A DNA stretch of 64,000 nucleotides from Nitrososphaeria archaeon (lineage in GTDB: Archaea; Thermoproteota; Nitrososphaeria; Geothermarchaeales; JDFR-13): NCBI GenBank assembly GCA_027078545.1, contig JALWXN010000004.1, positions 32,001 through 96,000 on the forward strand, in the 5' to 3' direction. The notes below the pieces were generated by a model. That model was given only the letters and a program-made list of their open reading frames with translations, was not told the origin of the DNA and searched no databases. Positions 18,081 to 28,456 of this stretch are shown piece after piece (position 1 is the stretch's first letter; every line of letters starts with the position of its first letter). The position numbers were made by a program, and so were the translations under genes.

Positions 18081-19685
18081 ATGCAGAGTGACAAGGCCAT
18101 GTCTAGATACCTATCCGCCATCAAGAGCTATACAACGGCCCTACCACAGTTCGTGGCCCCAACAGTAATAAGCCTACTAACCTTCGGAATACTGGCCAGG
18201 ATACTAACAGCCAAGGAACTAGGGATATACGGCCTCATGGTATCCACAGTATACCTTGTAGGCCTATCGGCAAACTTCGGGCTCAAGAGGGCCGTAATAG
18301 TGGAGATCTCACGCGACAAGGAGGGGTGGAGATACGCGAAGGGAGCTATAAAACTGACAATCATATTTACACTAGCCGCGGCAGGTATAACCGCGGGGAT
18401 ATATTACTACTTCAAGATATTCGACGGACTGATCTACTCAGGACCCACCTACCTAGCCTTCACACTACTACTCACACTATTCGCACTGAGGAACTTCATA
18501 AGCTTCCCACTAGAGGCCCTCAAAAAATTCCACCTACCATCACTCTACACCACCGTGGGCTTCATAATATACCGGATACTCATGGTCGCAGCCGTAATAT
18601 CTGGCCTAAGCCTCCTAGGCATAATACTGTCATGGGCATTAGGAGAGGGAATAGCCATAGCCGGGATAGCCAGGGAAGTAGCCAGATTCAGGGAGTCCAT
18701 GGCCAACAGCCTCCGAATATCCCAGATGGGGGACCTACTAGGAAAGGCACGCCACATCTTCCTCTTCGACATAACCATGTCCCTAGTCGAGTATGGAGAC
18801 AGGATAGTAACCACATTATTCGGCTTCTACCTCCTAGCAAACTTCTACATAGCCAGCACAGGAGCCCAGGCAGTGGGGGCACTTGCACAAGCACTCTATA
18901 GCGGCCTACTACCACACCTATCCGAGGAGCTTAGGAGGAGCAGGAGGGAGGAATTCATGGGATACGTACAGAGGCTCAGTAAATACTTCACCCTCTTCCT
19001 ATCACCCATCTACATAGTATCAGCAGTACTGGCATACCCACTGATAATCCTACTAGCCGGATCAGGATACCAGGTAGCCATACCACTCTTCCAAATAATC
19101 GTTATCACGCTGGGCATAACGGTGATCCTACCACTCGTAGCCAACATCCTAATAGCTAGTGACCACCCAAGGGACCTGATGATAGCCCAGATAATAGGAT
19201 TCATAGTAGACATAATCATCCTAATAGGCCTATACCCCTACATAGGATACCTATCAGCAGGCTTCGGAAAGGCCTTTCTCTACGTAACCACACTCTCGAT
19301 ATCCCTCTACCTACTATACAAGAGGCTAGGCATAATACCCTATAGACTGGTAGACATAGGCAAGATACTCATAGCCAACATAGTGACCATGGTACTCACA
19401 TGGATACTATGGATACTAACATTCAGACTCACCCTACTACCGCTCTACATAACATTCAGCATCCTAGCCTACATGATCCTACTACGCCAAATGAGGATAA
19501 TCGATGCAGAGGATATCAGAATCCTCTTCTCCGAGATTCCTTTAAAAGGCAAGCCCAGAGATATGATTTTTAAGCTCATAACCCGCCTAACAGGCGTTAA
19601 AACCGACCTAGAGACGGAGAAGGGAGGTAATCATGGGGAAAATCCACCTAACAACAATCTTGAAGATAGTCGAGAAAGACAGTAG
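18081..19685 (+). CDS. Wzx/MOP-family oligosaccharide flippase
   Basis: About 13-14 TM; ILARILTAKELGIYGL and GDRIVTTLFG...LANFYIA patterns typical of polysaccharide flippases. Confidence 0.8.
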   Translation: MQSDKAMSRYLSAIKSYTTALPQFVAPTVISLLTFGILARILTAKELGIYGLMVSTVYLVGLSANFGLKRAVIVEISRDKEGWRYAKGAIKLTIIFTLAAAGITAGIYYYFKIFDGLIYSGPTYLAFTLLLTLFALRNFISFPLEALKKFHLPSLYTTVGFIIYRILMVAAVISGLSLLGIILSWALGEGIAIAGIAREVARFRESMANSLRISQMGDLLGKARHIFLFDITMSLVEYGDRIVTTLFGFYLLANFYIASTGAQAVGALAQALYSGLLPHLSEELRRSRREEFMGYVQRLSKYFTLFLSPIYIVSAVLAYPLIILLAGSGYQVAIPLFQIIVITLGITVILPLVANILIASDHPRDLMIAQIIGFIVDIIILIGLYPYIGYLSAGFGKAFLYVTTLSISLYLLYKRLGIIPYRLVDIGKILIANIVTMVLTWILWILTFRLTLLPLYITFSILAYMILLRQMRIIDAEDIRILFSEIPLKGKPRDMIFKLITRLTGVKTDLETEKGGNHGENPPNNNLEDSRERQ

Positions 19686-20808
19686 CAAGAAGATAGTCCT
19701 ACACTCAGAGGACCCCGAGGAGGCTGGTAAGATAAAATACATGCTTGAGAAGGGCGACAGGGACACCCTTCTAAAAATAATTGGGAGAGACGGAGAGGAG
19801 GAGATAGTGACATATTCACCACAGCTATACAGCCTCCTCAAGAGGGAGGGGATAGATGCCGAGTACCGACGTAAAAAGGATATAGACACCCTAGAAGCCA
19901 TAGAGGCAGCTGAGAACAAGCCTGGAACAGACGCCAAGACATACCTCGCGAAGCTGATGGAGACATACACCACAGAGCGGCTAAAAGACGAGATGACGAA
20001 TAAAGACATGCTGGTGATCCACGCGATAAACGCCTACGACGAGTATACAGAGACCATCAACATATTCTATGAGAGGCTTAGGGAGTGGTACGGCATCTAC
20101 TTCCCAGAACTAGCAAACTATGTGAAGAAGATAGATAGATACGCCGCCCTAGTCAGAGACCTCCTCCTAAGGGAGAATATGAGGAAGGAGACACTCATCG
20201 AGAGAGGCTACCCAGAAGACAAAGCCGCAGCTATAGAGGAGGCAGCCAGAAACTCCACGGGAGGCATGCTATCAAGAGAGGATCTAGAAGTCATCCGTAA
20301 ACACGCGGCAACCCTACTAGACCTGATTAAACAGAGGGAAGAGGTAGAGAAATACCTAGAAGAACTCTTAACAGAGGAGGCTCCAAATACTACACACCTC
20401 ATAGGCCATAAACTAGCAGCCAGACTAATAGCCAAGGCCGGAGGCCTCAGGAGACTAGCCACATTACCAGCAAGCACTATACAGCTCCTAGGAGCGGAGA
20501 AGTCTCTCTTCATAGCCCTCAGAAAAGGTGGGAAGCCCCCGAAACACGGGATAATATTCCAGCACCCATTCATCAACCAGTCACCGAAGGTTATTAGAGG
20601 GAGAGTAGCCAGGCTACTCGCAGGGAAGATAGCCATAGCAGCCAGGGTAGACGCCTTTGGAGGAGACTTCATAGGAGACAGACTACTCAGAGAAGTGGAG
20701 GAGAAGGTGGAGGAGCTCAGGAAGAAGGCCTCAAAAATAAAGCAGAAGAAGATGCAGATGATGAGGAGGCAGAAACAGAAGAGGGGGCGTAGGAGAAGGA
20801 GGAGGTGA
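19633..20808 (+). CDS. nop5: Box C/D RNP protein Nop5 (Nop56/58)
   Basis: ERLREWYGIYFPEL, APNTTHLIG, LPASTIQLLGAEK, PPKHGIIFQHP; basic tail. Confidence 0.95.
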   Translation: MGKIHLTTILKIVEKDSSKKIVLHSEDPEEAGKIKYMLEKGDRDTLLKIIGRDGEEEIVTYSPQLYSLLKREGIDAEYRRKKDIDTLEAIEAAENKPGTDAKTYLAKLMETYTTERLKDEMTNKDMLVIHAINAYDEYTETINIFYERLREWYGIYFPELANYVKKIDRYAALVRDLLLRENMRKETLIERGYPEDKAAAIEEAARNSTGGMLSREDLEVIRKHAATLLDLIKQREEVEKYLEELLTEEAPNTTHLIGHKLAARLIAKAGGLRRLATLPASTIQLLGAEKSLFIALRKGGKPPKHGIIFQHPFINQSPKVIRGRVARLLAGKIAIAARVDAFGGDFIGDRLLREVEEKVEELRKKASKIKQKKMQMMRRQKQKRGRRRRRR

Positions 20809-21488
20809 GCCATGTGGATATCGTGAAGACGAAGATAAACAACCTAGTCATCATAGATGGTGAGAGATACGCCACAATAAACATCACCCCAGGAATAACC
20901 TTCTACAAGGAGGAGGTAGTCAAGAAGGACGGGGTCGAGTATAGGATTTGGAACCCCTATAAAAGCAAGCTAGCAGCAGCCTTCAAAAACGGCCTACCAA
21001 TAGATGTACTGGAAGATGTTAGGAGCATACTATATCTAGGCGCATCCACAGGAACAACGATCAGCCACCTATCCGACATACTAACCGACGGGATAATCTA
21101 CGGGGTGGAGATAGGCCCTAGGGTGATGATGGAGTTCATAAACCGTGTAGTCAAGAACAGGAGCAATGTAATACCACTATTCTACGACGCCAGGCTACCT
21201 GAGAACTACATAGACATAGTAGATCCAGGCGTAGACATGGTATACTGCGACGTGGCCCAGCCTGACCAGACCAAGATACTTGCCGACAACGCCGACATAT
21301 ACCTAAGGAAGGGTGGGAAGATCCTACTAGCCATAAAGGCCAGGAGCATAGACGCTGTAGCACCGGTAAAGAAGATCTATGAGGGAGAGGTTGAATACCT
21401 GAGGAAGAGGGGATACAAAATATTAGAGGTGCTAGAGCTAGAGCCCTACGAGAAGGAGCACGCAATGGTATACGCCGTCAAACCATAA
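20805..21488 (+). CDS. flpA: Fibrillarin-like 2'-O-methyltransferase
   Basis: YRIWNPYKSKLAAA, LYLGASTGTTISHLSD, DVAQPDQ. Confidence 0.97.
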   Translation: MSHVDIVKTKINNLVIIDGERYATINITPGITFYKEEVVKKDGVEYRIWNPYKSKLAAAFKNGLPIDVLEDVRSILYLGASTGTTISHLSDILTDGIIYGVEIGPRVMMEFINRVVKNRSNVIPLFYDARLPENYIDIVDPGVDMVYCDVAQPDQTKILADNADIYLRKGGKILLAIKARSIDAVAPVKKIYEGEVEYLRKRGYKILEVLELEPYEKEHAMVYAVKP

Positions 21489-22122
21489 ACCTACCAACCC
21501 GGACAACCAGGACATACCTCTTAGTAACATCGGAAACCACATCTATAAAACCATACTCATCACTAGACATGTCATACTCAATAAAGGGTGATCTAGGCAC
21601 CTCTCCCCTATACTTAAACAGCACAATATAGTCCTCATCATCTGACGCAGCCTCAACATTAACGACATACTCGGAGGAGCCCTCTATAAACCATATGAAT
21701 GGGATCAAAGCCTGCTCCATCAACGTTGAATAAGCAACGTTGATCAGGGACGCCATATCATCAACAAACACCTCGACAATATTAACCTTCAATCCATCCC
21801 TTCCCACATATTCATGGGGAGGAGTAGCCACCCTAACCACTGGGATAGGTATGTAGGCTGGGGAGTCAACATACTCATAGGTAATCACCTCCCGCCCAGC
21901 ATCATTGGGAGAGTAGGAGACTATCCTAGGCAGCTCCTCCAACCTGGCATATACAAAGACAGCCTGCACATCCTTCATCTGGGGAGGGAGATAGAAACCC
22001 AGTTCATAACCATTATCAGACCTATACCCCAGCAGAACACTCCTCTCCCGCCTAACATCTGCAACCAGCCTAATCAAATCATCAACCCGGGTAAGCTCGA
22101 CAGGCAGCGCCTTAATCCCCAT
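21478..22122 (-). CDS. Hypothetical protein with an apparent internal duplication of an about 100-aa domain
   Basis: Strand-typical codon usage; both halves end in VVRV. Confidence 0.7.
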   Translation of the reverse strand: MGIKALPVELTRVDDLIRLVADVRRERSVLLGYRSDNGYELGFYLPPQMKDVQAVFVYARLEELPRIVSYSPNDAGREVITYEYVDSPAYIPIPVVRVATPPHEYVGRDGLKVNIVEVFVDDMASLINVAYSTLMEQALIPFIWFIEGSSEYVVNVEAASDDEDYIVLFKYRGEVPRSPFIEYDMSSDEYGFIDVVSDVTKRYVLVVRVGRFMV

Positions 22123-22185
22123 GACCTAGCCACCCCACTAAATACAGGCTAGAATATAAACGGGAAATATACAGCCCCCGCTTAT

Positions 22186-23049
22186 ATGAACCCCCTAGGC
22201 TATATTATACCCATGACAGAACTGGAACAGATATCCATAGAAGACGCTGTGATAAAGAAAGAGGTGCCTATACTAGAAGGCGACGCAACACTAAGAACCC
22301 TGGTAAACAACATGGTTAGAAACAAGGTCTCCACAGCCATAATGATCGACGGTGATAAGCAACAGGTCATAACCACCCATGACTGCGCAGAGCAGATCGT
22401 AAAGAACATATGGGATCTAGACGTAATCGTAGATAGGCTTGCCCTAAGAGACATGTTCAACAAATACGCTGAGACAACGATACTAACCTTCGACAAACCA
22501 GTCAAGGAGGCGGTGAATGCCCTCCTAACCTACAAGAGAAACTTCGTGGTAGAGGAGGACGGGACATACTACGAGATAACAGCGGAGGACATGCTCCCAC
22601 TATTCATAATATGGGAAGACTACATCAACGAGAAACCAATAAAGGAGGCGATGAGCACCCAATTCGTAAAGGTGCCGCCCACACAGTCGGCGGCCTCCAC
22701 ATACGAGAAATACGCCTCCAAAAACCTAACAGCGGCTGTAGTAACAAACCCCGCACACCAGCCTATAGGCATAGTCACCAATAGAGACTACACAGTCTCC
22801 TACCAAGAACTCCTAAACCAGGTAACCAAGATCAGAAGGGAGAGGGACATGAAGATCCCCGTAGAAGTAGTGATGAAGAGAGACGTAATATTCGAGTTCC
22901 AGGAAGACCCACTATCCACGGCGATAAACACGATGGTCGAGAACGACATTGGACACGTACCCATAGTAAACGAGGACGACGAGACCGTGGGAATGATATA
23001 TAAGTACACACTTCTCCAACTAATGGTGAAGCTAGATGAAGGCACTTGA
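22186..23049 (+). CDS. CBS-domain protein (4 CBS)
   Basis: PIGIVTNRD and NDIGHVPIVNEDDETVGMIY CBS motifs. Confidence 0.85.
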   Translation: MNPLGYIIPMTELEQISIEDAVIKKEVPILEGDATLRTLVNNMVRNKVSTAIMIDGDKQQVITTHDCAEQIVKNIWDLDVIVDRLALRDMFNKYAETTILTFDKPVKEAVNALLTYKRNFVVEEDGTYYEITAEDMLPLFIIWEDYINEKPIKEAMSTQFVKVPPTQSAASTYEKYASKNLTAAVVTNPAHQPIGIVTNRDYTVSYQELLNQVTKIRRERDMKIPVEVVMKRDVIFEFQEDPLSTAINTMVENDIGHVPIVNEDDETVGMIYKYTLLQLMVKLDEGT

Positions 23050-23833
23050 CCTGGTAGAGAACAACTACCCTAGACACAGGAAGGAGGAGCGGATAAAGAC
23101 GATACTAGACTCCATGTATAAGAACAGGGTAGACAGGGTACTAGTCCTAAGAGACTCAGAAACACTATATGGAATAGCGACCGAGTGGGACATATTCCAC
23201 AAGCTCTCCACAATAAAGAAGGTCCCCGACCAGCCCTACGACCTACCACTAGCCAGCGTAGCCACATACCCAGTAGACACCCTACCCCCAGAGACACCTG
23301 TAAAGACGATAATCAACCAATTCCTCCTAAAGGAGTACAGCAGCATACCGATACTCGATGAGAACCAAATCTACGGACTCGTAACCAAGAGAGGAGTCAT
23401 ATCAGCCCATCTAGACAAGATAAGGAGGATAGACAAGGAAGTCATAGAGATAACGGTTAAGGCCAAAGGACGCATAGAACCATTCAAATCCCTCAGAAAC
23501 GCGGAGAACAAGCTCCGCCTAGGCGGGTACAGCACATTAATAGTCCACGAAGACGGCAGATACATAGGAGTCGTAACCGCCCTAGACATAGCCAAAGAAA
23601 TACTGAAGATAAGGAAGACCTACCCAAAGAAGGATTGGGACAACCAGATCTCAAAGCTACACGTGGCAGACGTCATGAGAAGGGACTACGCCACCCTATC
23701 CCCAACCGACCCAGTATACAGAGCCGCAGAGATAATGGTTGAGAGGAACCAGAAGATCATACCCATAGTCGAGGGAGACAAACTCATAGGGATAGTAACG
23801 AGGAGACACGTATTAAACCTCATCAAGGAGTAG
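23036..23833 (+). CDS. CBS-domain protein (4 CBS)
   Basis: LYGIATEWDI, IYGLVTKR, YIGVVTALD, LIGIVTRRH. Confidence 0.88.
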   Translation: MKALDLVENNYPRHRKEERIKTILDSMYKNRVDRVLVLRDSETLYGIATEWDIFHKLSTIKKVPDQPYDLPLASVATYPVDTLPPETPVKTIINQFLLKEYSSIPILDENQIYGLVTKRGVISAHLDKIRRIDKEVIEITVKAKGRIEPFKSLRNAENKLRLGGYSTLIVHEDGRYIGVVTALDIAKEILKIRKTYPKKDWDNQISKLHVADVMRRDYATLSPTDPVYRAAEIMVERNQKIIPIVEGDKLIGIVTRRHVLNLIKE

Positions 23834-23855
23834 AAAATATATTTTTTGGAGCACC

Positions 23856-24335
23856 ATGGAGCCACCCAAATTCCTAGCAGACCACATGAACGGAGACATA
23901 GCAAGATGGCTCAGAATAATGGGATTCGACTGCGAATACCCACCACCAGCGGCGACAGACGACGAGATACTAGCACAGGCAGACAGAGAGTCAAGAGTAG
24001 TGATAACCTCGGATAGAGAGCTATACTCAAGAGCCCGGAGAAGAGGCCTCAACGCAGTACTACTGGTCGACGCCCCCCTCGAGCAGAAGATAGCTAAGAT
24101 CCTAAAAGACCTACATATAGAGACCCTCTACGGAACCCTCTCACCCCGCTGCACAGCCTGCAACGGAGAACTTGAGAGGGTCCATACACTAGACGTAAGG
24201 GACCAACTACCAAAGAAGCTGATGAGGACATTTAGATATATCCATAGATGCAAGAGATGTGGAAGACTCTACTGGGAAGGAACACACTGGAAAAACATCA
24301 AGGAGACACTTAGAAAGATAGCTAGCAATCTATAA
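23856..24335 (+). CDS. Mut7-C RNase-domain protein (PIN-like fold plus Zn ribbon)
   Basis: KFLADHMNGDIARWLRIMGFD, TSDREL, RCTACNG, CKRCGRLYWEGTHW. Confidence 0.9.
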   Translation: MEPPKFLADHMNGDIARWLRIMGFDCEYPPPAATDDEILAQADRESRVVITSDRELYSRARRRGLNAVLLVDAPLEQKIAKILKDLHIETLYGTLSPRCTACNGELERVHTLDVRDQLPKKLMRTFRYIHRCKRCGRLYWEGTHWKNIKETLRKIASNL

Positions 24336-24395
24336 TCACACCTATCAAAGGGTCACACCACCCTTATTACACATGAAACAAAATGATTCTTTTAG

Positions 24396-27300
24396 ATGCA
24401 GATGAAACCATATATAAAGAGGGTAGAGATACACAACTACAAGACACATAAAAACACGAGACTCATATTCTCACCAGGCATAAACAGCATAGTCGGCCCC
24501 AATGGAGCTGGGAAATCCAATATCGTACAGGCCATCCTATTCTGCCTAGGAGAGAGAAGCCCCAAAAACCTAAGAGTATCAAGCTTCAACGAGATCGTAT
24601 ACAACTTCCGCAAAGACCTAGACGTATCGGTCACCCTAACAATAGTGGATAGCAAGGGGGAGGAACACAGATTCAAAAGAATATATTCACCCAGGAAGGG
24701 TGAACACATATACCGCTACAACGGTAAGAGGGTATCAAGAACAGCCTACCTACTAAACCTCCTCAAACTAGGCACAAACGGGTTGAAACACGTCTACATC
24801 AAACAGGGAGACATAACCAGATGGGCAGACGCAACCCCAAAAGACATAAAAGAGATGATACATGAGGCCCTAGGCCTCAAAGAATACAACCAGAGACGCA
24901 GAGAAGCCCTTGAGAGACTAGCCGAGGCCGAGAAGAAGCTAGAATCAGTGCAGGCCCAGTACCTGAGGATGCAGGAAATAGTATACACATTCAGAGACCA
25001 CATGGTTAGCTACGAGACGAGCCAGACAGCCACCTACCTAAAAAACACACTCGAACACACTATCACCAAAATGCTTCTTAAAGAGAAGGAGGAGCAGCTG
25101 ACTAGGCTCAAAAAGAGGAAGGCCAAGATCGACAAGATATACACAAGAATCGTGAGGCTGGAGGACCAGGTTAGCCAGAAGATCAGCGACTACATAGAGA
25201 AATACTCCGAAGCCACAAATAGACAGACCGAGATAAACACCGAGATAAACAGGCTAAACACAGAGATCATAAACCTACTCAACGAGGAGAACAGACTAAA
25301 AGACAAGATAAGGAGGGCTAAGATAAACGAGATAAACACGAAGATAGAGTTTCTGAAGAAGGAGATAAAGAAGATTAGAGAGGAGACAAGAGAGGAGGCA
25401 AAGACACTGAGAGAAGAACTCCAGAGCCTCAAGACAATTGAAAAGGAGGCCGAAAAGCTAAGAAAAGAGATAAATAAACTCGACACCAAGATAACAGAGC
25501 TGGAGAAACTGGAGGAAGAAATAATAAAACAGGAGGCCGAAAAACTGGAGGAATACCGCAGAATCATCAATCAAGAGTCTGAGGAACTCCTCAGAGAGAA
25601 GATAAAAGAGCTTAGAAAGAGGGAGTACGAGGAGGAACTAAGAGAGCTACGTAGAAGGATGGAGGTCTACCAAAGGACGATCAAAGAGCTTAGGAGGCGG
25701 AGGGAGGATACACTCAACAAGCTGAAAAGTTTGAGGGAGGAGCTAGAGAGACATAGAAAATCAATGAGGGAGACGGAGAGAAGACTGAAGAAGACTAGTA
25801 ACGAGGTTAGGAATGCCTATAAACTCCTAAGAAAGCTGGAGAATATACTGGACAACCTGACCAGAGACAAACAGGCAGAGGTGAAATACTATAACGACTC
25901 CAGCAAAGTACTAGAGGCCACAAAAACACTCAGACTACCAGGAGTCTACGGCATACTATCAGAGATGGTGAAAGGCCCACCCAAGATCCTACGCCTAATA
26001 AGAGACCTAGACCTCAGGAGCTGGTACGCCATAATTGTTAAGGATAGAGACACCGCCCTAAGAGTAGCCGAGATAGCCAACGAACTCGAGAAGGACATAT
26101 CCATACTAACAGCAGACGGAGCTATGGATAAGACACTACCTGACAACTCCGTGATATACCTCCTCAAATACCCAAAGAAGATAGAGAACATAGTCATCAA
26201 CCTCTACGGAGACATAGAGACAGTAGCCACACTAGAAGAGGCACTGGAAAAGACATCTAAAGGCGCCAGAACAATACACATAGACGGAGAATTCCTACTC
26301 CACCCCCGCGGCTACATACGAACAACAGGGATACTGGTTAAGCTACCAAAGGATGTAGAGACACTAAAGACCATAAGAGACAAGTTCAGAAGAGTGATAC
26401 AGAGGAAAGAGGAGGAGCTAGCTGACCTAGAGGCCAAGCTGAGGGAGCAGCAGAGGGAAGAGAACAAGATTATGGGGAGGATAATCTCAACCCAACTAAC
26501 CATAAAATACATAGACAGAAACATCAAACTACTCAGCGACATAACCAAGAGACTTAGAGAGAAGGAGAAGAGAATAAAGGAGGAGCTTAGCAAAGAAAAG
26601 AGAGAGACAAAGAGGGAGAGGAGGGAGGCAAGCCTGACATCACAGATAGAGGAGGTCAGAAGACGGATAGCCGAGCTAAAGAGCCGTAGAGAGGAGCTGA
26701 AAAAAGAACTCTCCGAGCTAGAAGAGGTGATCAACAGAAAAAGAGTAGCCATACAACTATTCCAAAACAACACAAGAGCCAAGAAGAACAGGATCCAGGA
26801 GTTGAAGCGGGAGATAGAAACCCTGGAGAACGAGAAACCAGAGTTGAAAAACAAGATTAAGGAGCTGGCTAGCCAGATAAAAGAACTCGTCGATAGGAGG
26901 CTACAGTACACAAGGAAGATAAACAGCCTAAATAAAGAGCTGGAAAAGATCAAAAAGTCTCTCGAGAAGCTTGAGGAGAAGAGGAAGAAGTTGGAGGATA
27001 AACTATCCAAAATACGTGAAAAAAGAGAGAAGATATCCTCCGTGAGGACAAAACTAACGACCAAGCTCAGCCTACTAGAGGCTGAGGTGGCAAGGCTGAG
27101 AAACACCCTGGATAAGACAGTAGCCAGAGAATTAGAGATAAACAATCTAGAAAACGCGAAGGAGCTCGTAGACAGCCTAAAGAGAGAACTAGAGGAGATA
27201 GGGGAGGTGTCCCAGATAGCTGAGAGGACATTCCTAGAACAGCTAGAACCCTATAAAAACTACAGCACCAGGAGGAGCGAACTACTCCAGGAGCGTAACG

Positions 27301-27815
27301 AGATACTCGAGTTCATAAGGGAGATAGACGAGAAGCGCCTACAGATATTCGAGGAGGGATTCCAGAAGATTAAGGAACGGTTCATGGAGATGTTCGAAAC
27401 AGTATTCCCAGAATCGAAAGTCTGGATAGAGCTGGAGGAAGAGGGCAACATAGACAGTGGTATCCTAGTCTTCATAGAATTCCCAGGAAAGCCCCGCATA
27501 ACCATAGCCGCCGCCAGCGGCGGGGAGAGAACGTCAATCATTCTAATGCTCCTACTAAGCATATACTCGATAAACGAGGACACGATATTCATATTCGACG
27601 AGATAGACGCCCATATGGATCCACGGGTAGTCGACAACATAGCCAGGATAATAAAGGCCCAGGAGAAGTATAGCCAGATAATCCTGGTTACACTGCCAGG
27701 CCACGACAGCATGATAAACATAGCCGACATAATAATACCAGTAACATTCACAAAGGGAGCCAGCAAAGCATTCTCTGTAAAGTCAGAACTCCTGGTGGGG
27801 GCGAGAACACCATGA
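24396..27815 (+). CDS. smc: Chromosome segregation protein SMC (divergent)
   Basis: GPNGAGKSN Walker A, Q-loop IKQGDI, long coiled coils with central hinge (GVYGILSEMV), signature ASGGE, Walker B/D-loop FDEIDAHMD; followed by scpA/scpB. Confidence 0.9.
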   Translation: MQMKPYIKRVEIHNYKTHKNTRLIFSPGINSIVGPNGAGKSNIVQAILFCLGERSPKNLRVSSFNEIVYNFRKDLDVSVTLTIVDSKGEEHRFKRIYSPRKGEHIYRYNGKRVSRTAYLLNLLKLGTNGLKHVYIKQGDITRWADATPKDIKEMIHEALGLKEYNQRRREALERLAEAEKKLESVQAQYLRMQEIVYTFRDHMVSYETSQTATYLKNTLEHTITKMLLKEKEEQLTRLKKRKAKIDKIYTRIVRLEDQVSQKISDYIEKYSEATNRQTEINTEINRLNTEIINLLNEENRLKDKIRRAKINEINTKIEFLKKEIKKIREETREEAKTLREELQSLKTIEKEAEKLRKEINKLDTKITELEKLEEEIIKQEAEKLEEYRRIINQESEELLREKIKELRKREYEEELRELRRRMEVYQRTIKELRRRREDTLNKLKSLREELERHRKSMRETERRLKKTSNEVRNAYKLLRKLENILDNLTRDKQAEVKYYNDSSKVLEATKTLRLPGVYGILSEMVKGPPKILRLIRDLDLRSWYAIIVKDRDTALRVAEIANELEKDISILTADGAMDKTLPDNSVIYLLKYPKKIENIVINLYGDIETVATLEEALEKTSKGARTIHIDGEFLLHPRGYIRTTGILVKLPKDVETLKTIRDKFRRVIQRKEEELADLEAKLREQQREENKIMGRIISTQLTIKYIDRNIKLLSDITKRLREKEKRIKEELSKEKRETKRERREASLTSQIEEVRRRIAELKSRREELKKELSELEEVINRKRVAIQLFQNNTRAKKNRIQELKREIETLENEKPELKNKIKELASQIKELVDRRLQYTRKINSLNKELEKIKKSLEKLEEKRKKLEDKLSKIREKREKISSVRTKLTTKLSLLEAEVARLRNTLDKTVARELEINNLENAKELVDSLKRELEEIGEVSQIAERTFLEQLEPYKNYSTRRSELLQERNEILEFIREIDEKRLQIFEEGFQKIKERFMEMFETVFPESKVWIELEEEGNIDSGILVFIEFPGKPRITIAAASGGERTSIILMLLLSIYSINEDTIFIFDEIDAHMDPRVVDNIARIIKAQEKYSQIILVTLPGHDSMINIADIIIPVTFTKGASKAFSVKSELLVGARTP

Positions 27816-28456
27816 GGAGAACCCCCAAATACATACTCCTAGAGACACTAGACACCCTAAGACGGATAAACCCCTGGAGGATAAACTTGACGGAGGAGAT
27901 AGAGAAGATACGCAGACTCCTGGAGGAAAGGCTAAACCTAGTAATAGCCGGCATAGCGGCCGACAACGCCTCATACATCTACTCCAGGAAGGTAGACGAG
28001 ATAGAGAAGATAGTAAAGACACCACTCAAACCCCTAACCATCAGGGAAGAGAGACTAATAGAGCCTACAGACCTCCCACCAGTACAGATCAACTACCCAC
28101 CACAGAAATACATGATAGACATATCCGACCTACTAGACAAACTAGAGGAGATACTGGAGAAAGAGGTGGCCAAGAAGATAAGCGAGACAGACCTCGAGAT
28201 AAGCTCCGAGGAGATCCTCAGATACACGGAGGAGGAGATAAGGAGGGCCGAGGACTTCATACTAAACATCCTACTAGACACAGGAGAAACCCTATTCACA
28301 ACACTCATAAGAGAAGCCCTTAAAAGCGGGAGGATATCCCCATTATACATACTCTACGCAATACTATTCATGGCCCAGGAGGAGATAATAACACTAGAAC
28401 CAATACTGGGGGAGGGAGATACCTGTGACGACATCCTCATCAGAAAAGAAGCCTGA
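27812..28456 (+). CDS. scpA: Kleisin ScpA
   Basis: INPWRINL N-terminal motif, C-terminal wHTH (LYAILFMAQEEIITL...DILI), directly after smc. Confidence 0.8.
   Translation: MRRTPKYILLETLDTLRRINPWRINLTEEIEKIRRLLEERLNLVIAGIAADNASYIYSRKVDEIEKIVKTPLKPLTIREERLIEPTDLPPVQINYPPQKYMIDISDLLDKLEEILEKEVAKKISETDLEISSEEILRYTEEEIRRAEDFILNILLDTGETLFTTLIREALKSGRISPLYILYAILFMAQEEIITLEPILGEGDTCDDILIRKEA

Noticed and set aside
17977-18168. 63-aa ORF, and a possible TAG read-through extension upstream of the flippase
   Set aside because: No motif, overlaps the flippase start, and no pyrrolysine machinery is seen in the window.
24348-24365. AAGGGT-N6-ACCCTT inverted repeat upstream of smc
   Set aside because: Only 6 bp and a single occurrence, so compatible with chance.
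24437-28350. Long antisense ORFs inside smc/scpA (for example 26312-27145, 277 aa)
   Set aside because: Ser/Leu/Phe-rich shadows of Glu/Lys/Arg-rich coiled-coil codons, with no motifs.
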